Of a DNA stretch of 64,000 bases, positions 38,511-47,559 are shown piece after piece. The stretch is from Occultella glacieicola. GTDB lineage: Bacteria; Actinomycetota; Actinomycetes; Actinomycetales; Beutenbergiaceae. The notes under the pieces are model-generated. The model was not told the origin of the DNA, did no database searches, and was given only the letters and a program-made list of their open reading frames with translations. The stretch spans positions 186,001 through 250,000 of the forward strand of contig NZ_SMNA01000004.1 in the NCBI RefSeq assembly GCF_004353825.1, in the 5' to 3' direction. A program made the translations under genes and the position numbers. Each line of letters begins with the position of its first letter. The stretch's first letter is position 1.

Positions 38511-41352
38511 CACCATCCGCCGGCAGATCCACACCGGCATCGAGTACCAGATGGCGGGTCGGTGGAAGGAGGCCGAGCGGACCCTGAGGTCCGTGGAGCG
38601 CCCGATCCGGGCGCTGCCCGCCGGGTCCGAACGCACGCACCTGGAACTGGCGCTGGGCGAGGCCCGAGCCACCCTGCACATGTACCGGCAGGAGTGGGCG
38701 GCCGCCGAGGCGCGGCTGCGCGAGATGCTGCGAGCGATCCCGGCCGAGCCCGAGGAGTCCCTGAAGCAGTGGCAGGGGAGTGCGCTGACGAACCTGTCCT
38801 CGGTGTGCGCGCAGAGCGGCCGGGACCTCGAGGCCGCCGAGCTCTCCGAGCGCGCGGTCGCAGTGTTCGAGTCGATGACCGCGCCGCGTCCGGAGGACGT
38901 GGAGATGCTCGCGACCACCCGGAACAACCTCGCCGCCCAGGCGGCCCGGGAGTCCCGGTTCGAGGACGCGAAGCGGCACGCCGGTCGCGCCCTGGTCGCC
39001 GCCACCGGACAGGGCTCCATGCTGCCCGAGGGGCAGGCGCTGCGGCTGCTCGGGACGATCGCGTCGATGGAGGGTGACCTGGTCGCCGCGGCCGACCTGC
39101 TGGGCCGCGCCCAGGACGTGCTGACCCGGTTCGGTGCCCACCTGGAGAGCGCCCAGGTGGGCCTGGTGCTGGCCCGGCTCGCCGCCCAGGGCGGCGACGG
39201 ACCGCAGTTCGCCGCGCACATGGAGACCGTCCGGGAGGCGTTCCGGAGCCGCGGCGAACTTCGGGCGATCGCCGAGATCGACCACATGCAGGCCGAGTTC
39301 CTGCTCGCCTGGGTGCCTCCCGACCACGACCGGGCCGCCCTGGACCTGGACTGGACCGGCGTCGATGCGAGCACCGACCCGTACACCCTGTCCCAGGACC
39401 ACCAGAACGACCTGCTGCTCGGCGGCGCCCTCGACTACGCCGTCCCGGCCGCGCTGGCGCTGGACGCGATGCGCACCCAGTTCCCGTCCGGCTATCAGCG
39501 TGAGCGGTTCGTCGCGCAGGTCGCCGACCCGGCCAGGGACGCGGCGTTCCGGGCCGCGCTGCAGTCCTCCAACGGCATGCTCGTCTTCGCGCTGATCGAG
39601 TGGCAGGCGGCCAGTGGCACGCCCACCGTGGTGCTCCCGGCGGCCGTCGCGGCCCGTCCCATCAACGGCGCTGCGGCCGCCGCGGCGAGCGCCGACGAGG
39701 CCGTCGAACTCATGCTCCCGAGCGGCCCGGCGGTGGCCGTGGAACCGGTGCCGCGGATGGTGCTGGCCCCCGGGCAGGGGGAGGTCCTCGCCGAGGAGTA
39801 CGCAGGAGCGCGCACGCGGTACGGGCAGGAACTGCGCTCACCCGAGCTCGTCCAGCGCTGGGCCGAGCCGGGCGAGGCGCCCACGGTCGTGCTGACCTAC
39901 GTCGACACCGGGCACGGCACGTTCTGCAACTGGCGCGTCGACGGCGAGCCCGGGGGTGTCGGCCGGGTCGGGCACGAGGAGCTGGAGCGCGTGCTGGGCC
40001 GACTCGCGCAGGGGCTGCCGTCGGTGGCAGCAGGGGCGGACAAGGTCGCCTCCTACACCGACCTGCTCACCTCCGGGCCGCTCGTGGACTACGACGCCGA
40101 GTGGGAACTCGCGGTCGGCTTGGCCCAGACGTTCCTGGCGACGCAGCTCGTGGACCAGCTCGCCGCCTACCACGAGGCCGGTGTGCGTCCCCATGTGCGG
40201 ATACAGCCCTCCCCACGCACCGCGTCCGTGCCGTGGGAGCTGCTCGCAGTGGACGGCTCCGACGTGCGGCTGGTGGAGATCGCCGACGTCACCGTGGTAG
40301 CGCCGGGCCAGGTGCCCGGCGCCGGTACCGACGCTGCCGACGGCGGGGCTCGCTCCGTGTGGTCCGGCGGCGGCCGGTTCCGGGGCCGGGGTGGCGCCGG
40401 GGCGACGGCGTCCGGCGCAGCAGTGCCCGGTGTGGCCGATGCCCGTCCGGCGCGTGGGGGACTGCTCGGGCGGCTGCGCCGGTCCGGTGCTGGTGGTGCC
40501 GCACCGGTCTCCGACGGTGTGGGTGGAGACGTACTCGCCGCAAGCGGTGCGGGCGTTGCCGCCGCCGGTGCTCCGGGAGTTGCGGCGGCCTCCTCGGCGG
40601 CGGACACGGTCATGGCCCTCGACCCGCGGATCCCCGGCTGGCCCGCCGCGTCCGCGCTCGGCTCCGTGCTCGGCCGGGTCACCCCTGGCGATGCACGGTA
40701 CGCGGGGCTGCTCGAGCGGCTCGACTCCTACGCCCGCGCCGGCCGCGTCGACGTGCCCGGCGGCGACCTGACCGGCTTGTTCCGCCGCACCGACGCCGAC
40801 CGGGACTGGCTCGCCGCGGCGTTGCAGGCCGGTCCCAAGCGGCTCGTCTACGTCGGTCACGTCACCGCCGCCGCCGCCGATCGCGGCCAGGCCGACGACA
40901 GCCAGCTCCACCTGTCCTGCACCGCCGAGGTCCCGGGCCTTGCCGAGCCGATGCGCGAGCACCGTCCGCTCTCGGCGCGGGACCTGCTCGCCGACCCGCA
41001 GCGCTGGCCGATGCCCGAGCGGGTCGCCCTGATCGGGTGCGAGTCCGGCACGGACGCCCGGTTCCGCGACCCCTACGGCTTGGTCGGCGCCGTGGTGCGC
41101 GCCGGCGCCACCCTGGTCACCGGCACCCGCTGGCCGCTGCTCACCGAGCACGCGCTGTCCTCGCTGGCAGACGTGGCCGGGAACCCGATCACCGACGCCG
41201 TGCTCGCCGTCGACGCCGCCCACGAGGCCCCCGACGCCGTCGCTGCGTTCAGCGCCTGGCAGCGCGAGCGACTCGCCGCCTGGCGCTCGACCCACGCCGT
41301 CGCGGACTCCCCGCTCCTGTGGGCCGGCCTGGTGACCTTCACCACCGCCTGA
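38497..41352 (+). CDS. TPR-repeat CHAT-domain (caspase-like) protease
   Basis: N-terminal TPR-like repeats (LTNLSSV..SGR..EA.EL.ERAVAV, TRNNLA); CHAT motifs IQPS..ASVPWELL, LVYVGHV (His788), LSARDL, VALIGCESG (Cys848), GATLVTGTRWP, PLLWAGL. Confidence 0.88.
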   Translation: MRISDTIRRQIHTGIEYQMAGRWKEAERTLRSVERPIRALPAGSERTHLELALGEARATLHMYRQEWAAAEARLREMLRAIPAEPEESLKQWQGSALTNLSSVCAQSGRDLEAAELSERAVAVFESMTAPRPEDVEMLATTRNNLAAQAARESRFEDAKRHAGRALVAATGQGSMLPEGQALRLLGTIASMEGDLVAAADLLGRAQDVLTRFGAHLESAQVGLVLARLAAQGGDGPQFAAHMETVREAFRSRGELRAIAEIDHMQAEFLLAWVPPDHDRAALDLDWTGVDASTDPYTLSQDHQNDLLLGGALDYAVPAALALDAMRTQFPSGYQRERFVAQVADPARDAAFRAALQSSNGMLVFALIEWQAASGTPTVVLPAAVAARPINGAAAAAASADEAVELMLPSGPAVAVEPVPRMVLAPGQGEVLAEEYAGARTRYGQELRSPELVQRWAEPGEAPTVVLTYVDTGHGTFCNWRVDGEPGGVGRVGHEELERVLGRLAQGLPSVAAGADKVASYTDLLTSGPLVDYDAEWELAVGLAQTFLATQLVDQLAAYHEAGVRPHVRIQPSPRTASVPWELLAVDGSDVRLVEIADVTVVAPGQVPGAGTDAADGGARSVWSGGGRFRGRGGAGATASGAAVPGVADARPARGGLLGRLRRSGAGGAAPVSDGVGGDVLAASGAGVAAAGAPGVAAASSAADTVMALDPRIPGWPAASALGSVLGRVTPGDARYAGLLERLDSYARAGRVDVPGGDLTGLFRRTDADRDWLAAALQAGPKRLVYVGHVTAAAADRGQADDSQLHLSCTAEVPGLAEPMREHRPLSARDLLADPQRWPMPERVALIGCESGTDARFRDPYGLVGAVVRAGATLVTGTRWPLLTEHALSSLADVAGNPITDAVLAVDAAHEAPDAVAAFSAWQRERLAAWRSTHAVADSPLLWAGLVTFTTA

Positions 41353-41424
41353 CCCCCCGGCACCCTCCACCCGCCCACCCCTCCCCCTCCCCACCCCCGC
41401 CCCCGCCTCGCCCCGCCTCCGCCG

Positions 41425-41485
41425 GCCGAACGCGCACAAGCCCCCGGTCCGCGCGACGCCGACCAAGGGCTTCCGCGCGCTCGGC
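41425..41485. repeat. REP-like palindromic intergenic element, copy 2 (possible bidirectional terminator)
   Basis: gccgaacgcgc..aagccc ... gggctt..gcgcgctcggc between convergent genes. Confidence 0.55.
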
Positions 41486-41519
41486 GACGGGACGGGTGGG
41501 GGGCGACGGGTCCGGTGGG

Positions 41520-41993
41520 TCAGGGGTGGGCGGCGGCGACGACCACGGGGTCGGCGCAACCGGCCGCGAAACCCGCGATCCGCCTGTCGATGTCGCGCTG
41601 CAGCACCCACACGCCGACCCGCTCCGCGAGCGGAGCGAGCCACGCCGGCCGACACGAGAAGTTGTACCGCCAGATCGCCCGAGTACCTGCGCCGTCGACC
41701 GCCTCGAACCGCCAGCCACCGCCCAGGCGAGCGAAGAACCACGGCCCGGTGACCATCTTCATGCCGACGTTGCGCGGCGGGTTGTAGGAGACGTACTCAC
41801 TGACCATCCGCAGCCCGCTGCGGTGCCGGGTCATCGTGCGCACGCCCTTCGCGGGCGCGGTGGCGCCGTCGAGGAAGTGCTGACGGCGGATGAACGGGTC
41901 CCAGCGCAGCCGCACCTGCCCGGTGGTCTGGGAGACCGCGAACGCCGTCGCCGGATCGAGGCCCACCACAACGCTCGACTCGACCACCGGCAT
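41520..41993 (-). CDS. SRPBCC/polyketide cyclase-like protein
   Basis: AFAVSQT...RLRWDPF, MKMVTGPWFF..GGGWRF. Confidence 0.85.
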   Translation of the reverse strand: MPVVESSVVVGLDPATAFAVSQTTGQVRLRWDPFIRRQHFLDGATAPAKGVRTMTRHRSGLRMVSEYVSYNPPRNVGMKMVTGPWFFARLGGGWRFEAVDGAGTRAIWRYNFSCRPAWLAPLAERVGVWVLQRDIDRRIAGFAAGCADPVVVAAAHP

Positions 41994-42033
41994 GGCAGCG
42001 ATCGTCTCACGTCGACCCGGTTACGCTGCAGCG

Positions 42034-43548
42034 GTGTCGACACCGAGTGGCCTCCTCCTGCGCAACGTGCGCCGCCCCGGCGGCGCAGGTCCGATCGACG
42101 TGCAGATCCGCGATGGCCGGATCGCGTCGATGTCCGACGGCGGCGGGCGGCCCGGCATCAACGGCACCAACACCCCGGCCGGGTCGGTGGAGCAGGTCGA
42201 CGCCGACGGCGCCTTCCTGGTACCCGGACTCTGGGACTCGCACGTGCACATGCAGCAGTGGGCGCTGCTGCGCGAACGGTTGGACGTCAGCGCCGCGACG
42301 TCCGCCGCGCAGGTCGTGCGGATGGTCGCCGACCGCCTCGCCGAACGCCCCAGCCCGCCCGGCGGACCGGCCCACGCGGCCCTCGACGGGTTCGGGTTCC
42401 GGGACGGGCTGTGGCCCGATGCGCCCACGCTTGCCGCCCTGGATGCGGTGGCCGGTGAGGTCCCGGTGATCCTGGTCAGCGGCGACGTCCACAGTGCGTG
42501 GGTCAACGGCGCGGGCGCCCGGCTGCTCGGCGTGCACGTCGGGGCCGACGGCATGATCCGGGAGGGGCCCTGGTTCCAGGCCTCCCGGGACTACGAGGAG
42601 GCCCCCGAGCACCGCCGCGAGGCGCTCGTGGCACGCGCCGCCTGGGCCGCCGCCGCACGCGGGGTGACCGGGGTCGTGGACCTGGAGATGGCGGACAACG
42701 TGGCCGCCTGGCAGGACCGGATCGCGGCCGGCGTCGACCAGGTGCGGGTCCGCGCCGGGTGCTACCCGGACCGGCTCGAGCAGACGATCGCCGCCGGGCT
42801 GCGGACCGGCGCCGAGATCGAGGGCACCGACGGGTTGCTGACCGTCGGCCCGCTCAAGATCATCTCCGACGGTGCGCTGAACACGCGGACCGCCCACTGC
42901 CGGCACGCGTACCCCGACGGCGGTCATGGCGTGCAGGAGTGGAGCGGGGCGCAGCTCGTCGAACTGGTCACCAGGGCGCACACGGCCGGTCTGGCGACCA
43001 CGATCCACGCGATCGGGGACCGGGCCAACACCATCGCGCTCGACGCGTTCGCCGCGGCCGGGGTCGGCGGGCGGATCGAACACGCCCAACTGGTCGAGGC
43101 GTCCGATGTGCCCCGGTTCGCCGCGCTCGGGGTCACCGCCAGCGTGCAGCCCGAGCACCTCATCGACGACCGGGACGTCGCCGACGTCTACTGGCCCGGC
43201 CGGACCGCGGACGCGTTCCCGCTGGCGTCGCTGGCGAGGGCGGGCGCCCGGATCCGGTTCGGCTCGGACGCGCCGGTGTCCCCGCTGGACCCCTGGCTGG
43301 GCATCGCCGCAGCGGTTGCCCGCACGCGCGACGGCCGGGAACCGTGGGGCCCGGAGCAGCGGATCGGCCCGGCCCTCGCCCTCGCCTGCGCCGCGGACGG
43401 TCGCACCGGCGTCCGGGTGTCGGACGTCGCCGACCTGGTGCTCGTCGGCGCCGACCCCCTGACCGCGGACGCCACCTCGACGCTGCGGCGCATGCCCGTC
43501 CTGGCCACCATGCTCGGCGGCCGGTTCACCCACCGCGACGGGATCTAG
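42034..43548 (+). CDS. Amidohydrolase (Amidohydro_3 type)
   Basis: PGLWDSHVH, LKIISDGALNTRTA, IHAIGDRAN, RIEHAQ, FGSDAPV. Confidence 0.92.
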   Translation: MSTPSGLLLRNVRRPGGAGPIDVQIRDGRIASMSDGGGRPGINGTNTPAGSVEQVDADGAFLVPGLWDSHVHMQQWALLRERLDVSAATSAAQVVRMVADRLAERPSPPGGPAHAALDGFGFRDGLWPDAPTLAALDAVAGEVPVILVSGDVHSAWVNGAGARLLGVHVGADGMIREGPWFQASRDYEEAPEHRREALVARAAWAAAARGVTGVVDLEMADNVAAWQDRIAAGVDQVRVRAGCYPDRLEQTIAAGLRTGAEIEGTDGLLTVGPLKIISDGALNTRTAHCRHAYPDGGHGVQEWSGAQLVELVTRAHTAGLATTIHAIGDRANTIALDAFAAAGVGGRIEHAQLVEASDVPRFAALGVTASVQPEHLIDDRDVADVYWPGRTADAFPLASLARAGARIRFGSDAPVSPLDPWLGIAAAVARTRDGREPWGPEQRIGPALALACAADGRTGVRVSDVADLVLVGADPLTADATSTLRRMPVLATMLGGRFTHRDGI

Positions 43549-44519
43549 GAGCCGGCCGGCCCGCGTTCGGCGGCGAGCACCATCGCCACGGCGTCCCGGG
43601 CCACCTGGAGACGCTGCGCCACGGGCCGGCTCGGCGGTCCGGCCGTGACCTTCACCCCCCGGTAGCACGGGGCTCCCGCGCCGGCCGCCTCGAACGTGCG
43701 ACGCAACTCCTCCGGACCGAGCAGGCTCTCGGCCCAGATGCCCTGGCCGCCCGCACCCCGGGGCGCGATGTGCCCGTCCTGCCACGGCACCCCCCACGGC
43801 CCGGAGTCGGGGCTGGCGCCCGAGAACATGATCCCGGCCAGCCGGCCCCGTTCGGCGGCCAGCCGGACGTGCTCCTCGGGGGTCTGCGCGGAGCGCCCCT
43901 CGATGGCACTCCGCCCCCAGTTCACGGTGAGCCCGAGCCGTTCGTCCCCGAGGGCCTCGATCACGGTCAGTTCGGCGTGCGCCTCGAGGAAGCCCTTCTG
44001 CGGGGTGCGGCCCGGGCGCGGGGCGTCGCAGTGCTCCACGGCGAGCGTCGTTCCGGTCGACTCGGCCTCGAGCAGCTCGGTCAGCGAGCGCTCGAACTCG
44101 CCAACGGATGCGGACCCGGTCGGGGCGCTGTTGATCTCGATGGCGCGGACGCGCTGCCGGCCGGCCAGGTCCGCGGCGCGCTTCGCGACCGTCAGGGCGC
44201 GGCGGACGTCCTCGACCGCGGCCGCACGGCCGTCCGTGTCGGTGGAGGCGAGCCCGTACCGAGGGTCGGCGGCGAGCCGGGCCATCACGGTCGGGATGCA
44301 GGTGATCACCAGGTCCCAGCCCTCGGGCACGAGCGTCGGTAGGCCGTCGGCTCCGGCCACCCAGCCGGGGCTCGCGCCGACGGCGTCCTCGAGCGGGATC
44401 TCGAGCGTGTCCACGTCCGGGAGCTCGGCGAGCGCGCGGTACGCGTCCGGCAGCTCATCCGGCGTTCGCCCGGCGAACAGGGCGTACGCGCCGAGCACCA
44501 GGCCGCCACCGGCCGTCAT
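43545..44519 (-). CDS. DUF4862-like (putative TIM-barrel) protein
   Basis: LEIP, TCIPTVM, YGLAS, VEHCDA..PQKGFL, NWGRSAIEGR, W.DGH; lies in the sialidase locus. Confidence 0.8.
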   Translation of the reverse strand: MTAGGGLVLGAYALFAGRTPDELPDAYRALAELPDVDTLEIPLEDAVGASPGWVAGADGLPTLVPEGWDLVITCIPTVMARLAADPRYGLASTDTDGRAAAVEDVRRALTVAKRAADLAGRQRVRAIEINSAPTGSASVGEFERSLTELLEAESTGTTLAVEHCDAPRPGRTPQKGFLEAHAELTVIEALGDERLGLTVNWGRSAIEGRSAQTPEEHVRLAAERGRLAGIMFSGASPDSGPWGVPWQDGHIAPRGAGGQGIWAESLLGPEELRRTFEAAGAGAPCYRGVKVTAGPPSRPVAQRLQVARDAVAMVLAAERGPAGS

Positions 44520-44667
44520 CGTCGACACCCCCGGTTCCTCGGGCGGGCGGGAGGCGGCGTGATCGGTTCGCGGTGTCGGTGCACGTCGCCACGGTACCGC
44601 CGCACGGGACCCCGGCGACGGTTCGTCCACCGCTGTCCGCAGCCGCCGGCGGGCCGGGTGGCCAGGA

Positions 44668-45447
44668 TCAGTCCGTCGCGGCCCCGGCTCCGGACGGGCC
44701 CGCGGCGGCGAGGCGGACGCTGATGCCGTCGAAGTGCTCGACCAGCGACCTCGCGACCCACTCCGGGTCACCGGACGCGAGCGCGTCACAGATCTCCCGG
44801 TGCCAGCTCGCGGCGTCGGCAGGGGTGTACCGGGGGCCGGGGAGGCGGTCGTCGACCTGCTGGAAGGTGTTCCAGAAGACCCGGAGCAGGTCCAGGATCA
44901 GGCCGTTGTGCAGGGGGGTGTACATGGCTGCATGGAAGCGCCAGTCCTCGTCCGGGAAGTAGCGGCCCTGCGCGGCGGCCGCCTCCATCTCGGCGACGAC
45001 CGCCTCCAGCGGCTCGCGGGAGCCGTGGGACCAGTACTCGGTCACCTCGCGGGCGAGCCCGACCTCGAGTGCGCGGCGCAGTTGCAGGAGTTCGCGCACG
45101 TCCTGCAGGTCGCCGCTCGCGGACAAGGTCAGGCGGAAGCCGAGGCCCTCCTCCAGGGAGTTCAGACCGGCCGAGCCCACGAACGTCCCGTAGCCGTGCC
45201 GCACGTCGATGATGCCCACGGCCTGCAGGGCCTTGATCGCCTCGCGCAGCGAGTTCCGGGAGACGCCCAACTCGGCCATGAGTTCCGGCTCGGTGGGCAG
45301 TGGGTCGCCGGCCTTCAGCCTGCGTTCGACGATCAGATCTCGGATCCGGGTGCGGGTCACGGCCTGGCTGGCCAGCGCCCGTCCTGCTCCGCCCTGCGTC
45401 GCCATGTGCCGGTGACTCCCTCCGCCCTCATCCGGTCGATCCGACAC
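44668..45447 (-). CDS. FadR/GntR-family regulator (NanR-like)
   Basis: GDPLPTEPELMAELGVSRNSLREAIKALQAVGII.VRHGYGTFV; FCD domain EDWRFH; the start may be a later ATG. Confidence 0.92.
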   Translation of the reverse strand: MSDRPDEGGGSHRHMATQGGAGRALASQAVTRTRIRDLIVERRLKAGDPLPTEPELMAELGVSRNSLREAIKALQAVGIIDVRHGYGTFVGSAGLNSLEEGLGFRLTLSASGDLQDVRELLQLRRALEVGLAREVTEYWSHGSREPLEAVVAEMEAAAAQGRYFPDEDWRFHAAMYTPLHNGLILDLLRVFWNTFQQVDDRLPGPRYTPADAASWHREICDALASGDPEWVARSLVEHFDGISVRLAAAGPSGAGAATD

Positions 45448-46390
45448 CTACCTTCTCACCGATCCGTGGTCCGAACTCCGCGACGATGCCGCGGACCGCC
45501 TCGATCTCGCCCTCGTCGAGGGGGATTCCGGGTCGCGCGAGGTTCGCGCCCGTGATCACGCCGAGCGTCACCAGGGCGGCCTTGAACGCCCCGAGCGCGG
45601 CCGAGGTACCGGACCGGCCGGCCGTGCTTGCGGCGGCGGTGATCCGGAACAACTCGAACAGCCGGTCCTGCTCGGCGCGCGCGTCCTCGGTGCGGCCGGC
45701 GCGGGCCAGGTCGAACAGGCGCCGGTATCCGGCCGGGTCCACATTCCCGAGACCGGGCACCACACCGTCGCAGCCCAGCCCGATCGCGTAGTCCACGGTG
45801 AGCTCGGATCCGGTGAAGACGGACAGGTCCACTCCGCGCCTGGATCGTCGCGAGAGCAGGGCGCGCAGCGAGACGTCGGAGCCGCTCGAGTCCTTCACCG
45901 CCACGATCGCCCCGTCCGCGGCGAGGTCGATCACAGTCTCCGGTCGGAGCTTCGTCCCCACGCGGGACGGGATGTCGTAGGCCACCACCGGCACGTCGAC
46001 GCGCGCCGCGACGTCGGTGAAGTGGCGGTGGATCTCGGTCGGGTGGGTGCCCGCATAGAACGGCGCGGTCACCACCACCGCCGAGGCCCCGGCGGCGGCG
46101 GCGCGGCGCGCCTGGTCGACCACCCGCGCGGTGCCGGTGTCGATCGCGCCGACGAGCACCGGAAGTCGGCCCGCGGCGCGGGCCACCGCGACCGCCACCA
46201 CCCGTTCGCGCTGGGCGTCGGAGAGCGCACTCACCTCGCCGGTGGTTCCGAGCACGAACAAGCCGTGCACGCCGCCGTCGACCAGATGGTCGACGAGCCG
46301 GTCCAGCGAGGACTCGTCGACCTCTCCGTCCGGGGCGAGGGGGGTACACAGCGGGGGGATGACGCCGGCGAGACGACCGTGGCTCGTCAC
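45428..46390 (-). CDS. DHDPS/N-acetylneuraminate-lyase family aldolase (NanA-like)
   Basis: GVIPPLCTP, LGTTGE, AYDIP, Schiff-base Lys in AVKDSSG; GTGA-coupled to the sialidase. Confidence 0.88.
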   Translation of the reverse strand: MTSHGRLAGVIPPLCTPLAPDGEVDESSLDRLVDHLVDGGVHGLFVLGTTGEVSALSDAQRERVVAVAVARAAGRLPVLVGAIDTGTARVVDQARRAAAAGASAVVVTAPFYAGTHPTEIHRHFTDVAARVDVPVVAYDIPSRVGTKLRPETVIDLAADGAIVAVKDSSGSDVSLRALLSRRSRRGVDLSVFTGSELTVDYAIGLGCDGVVPGLGNVDPAGYRRLFDLARAGRTEDARAEQDRLFELFRITAAASTAGRSGTSAALGAFKAALVTLGVITGANLARPGIPLDEGEIEAVRGIVAEFGPRIGEKVGVGSTG

Positions 46391-47499
46391 TGGATTCCTT
46401 CCGTTCGGGTGGGGTGGATGAAGCGAATGGATTCGTACGCGGATCCCGAGCCAGCCTCGACGAGGGCGGCGGGCGTGCCGTCCGCGAGCAGGGCAAGGTC
46501 GCTGTAGGCGCCGGGACCGGCGTGTAGCACGGGCCCTCGGCGCCAGGCCGCCCCGGAGTCGTCGCTGCGCCAGAGGGTGACGTCGCGGCGTTCGTCGGGA
46601 TGTCCGGGTGTGCTCAACCAGAGCGTGCCGGAGCCGTTCGCGAGGACGCTGCCCTGGACGGCGGGTACCGGAAGGTCCGGGTGTGGGCGGAACGGGGCCC
46701 GCAGGCTCTCCCCGCCGTCGTCGGACCACGCGCCCAGGCGACCACCCGCGGACGCCTGGTTGCGCGCATTGACGTACACGACGCCGTCGGGCAGTTCCGC
46801 CGCGGTCGCCTCGTTCGGGTTCAAGGCGGCACCCGCCGGGCGCGCGGTGGAATCGACGGCACCGACCCGCCAGGTGTGACCGCCGTCGTCGCTGAGCATC
46901 AGGTGGCCGCCGTAGGAGTGGTCACCGGGCGCGGCGGCCAGGATCGAGTGCGTGCAGGCGGCGATCAGGCGGCCGCGTTCCGGGCCGTGGGCGAGCGTGA
47001 GACCGTGACCGGGACCGGTCGCGAACCAGCCCCAGTCCGAGCGGCGGACCTGGTCGGTGACCTCGACCGGAGGTCCGAACGGCTGACCCGGACCGGGCGC
47101 GTGCTGCACCCAGACCCGGCGCCGGTCGCCCTCGGGAACTCCGGGTCGCATCAGTTCCGACTCGTGCACCGACGCGCCGTTGGTCATGGTGAGCAGGACG
47201 ATCTCGCCGGTCGCCGTCACGAACGGCATCGGGTTGCCCGTGGTGTGGTCCGGCCGCCGGGTGACGACCGTGAGCGGCCCCCACGTCGCACCGGAGTCGG
47301 GGGAGTGCCGCACGACGAGGTCGATCCGGCCGGTGTCGCCGGCGGAGTCTCGCCGACCCTCACAGAACGCCAGCACGTGCGTGCCGGACGTGACCAGCGC
47401 CGGGATCCGGAACGCGGCATAACCGTGCGTCCCCGCGGCGAAGAGCACCTGCTCGTTCGGGGTCGTCGGCGGCTCACGGTCGACACCTCTTGAGGACAT
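46387..47499 (-). CDS. GH33 sialidase-family protein, no signal peptide
   Basis: FRIP motif, EGR, Asp boxes SPDSGATW / SDDGGHTW / SDDGGES / SDDSGAAW, PNEA, AYSD. Confidence 0.92.
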   Translation of the reverse strand: MSSRGVDREPPTTPNEQVLFAAGTHGYAAFRIPALVTSGTHVLAFCEGRRDSAGDTGRIDLVVRHSPDSGATWGPLTVVTRRPDHTTGNPMPFVTATGEIVLLTMTNGASVHESELMRPGVPEGDRRRVWVQHAPGPGQPFGPPVEVTDQVRRSDWGWFATGPGHGLTLAHGPERGRLIAACTHSILAAAPGDHSYGGHLMLSDDGGHTWRVGAVDSTARPAGAALNPNEATAAELPDGVVYVNARNQASAGGRLGAWSDDGGESLRAPFRPHPDLPVPAVQGSVLANGSGTLWLSTPGHPDERRDVTLWRSDDSGAAWRRGPVLHAGPGAYSDLALLADGTPAALVEAGSGSAYESIRFIHPTRTEGIQ

Positions 47500-47514
47500 G
47501 GGACGTACTATGTC
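47495..47514. promoter_or_regulatory. Putative NanR/FadR operator overlapping the sialidase start
   Basis: GACAT-gggacgtact-ATGTC dyad in a 60-bp divergent gap; minus-strand CATAGT -10 lies 7 nt before ATG 47499. Confidence 0.6.
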
Positions 47515-47559
47515 ATGCTGACGCCGTCTTGTACCAGTCCAGGTCCGAAGGAGAACCGG

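Noticed and set aside
35600..41500. CHAT operon as part of a type III-E CRISPR (Craspase) or CBASS locus
   Set aside because: No Cas7-11, array, cyclase or sensor genes in the window; only the protease logic is analogous.
39600..42458. 952-aa ORF overlapping the CHAT gene, and similar long Arg/Pro/Gly-rich alternative-frame or antisense ORFs throughout (e.g. 14446-17112, 14541-17138, 8873-11200)
   Set aside because: Expected artefacts of very high GC and strong GC3 bias; low-complexity translations without motifs, overlapping well-supported genes.
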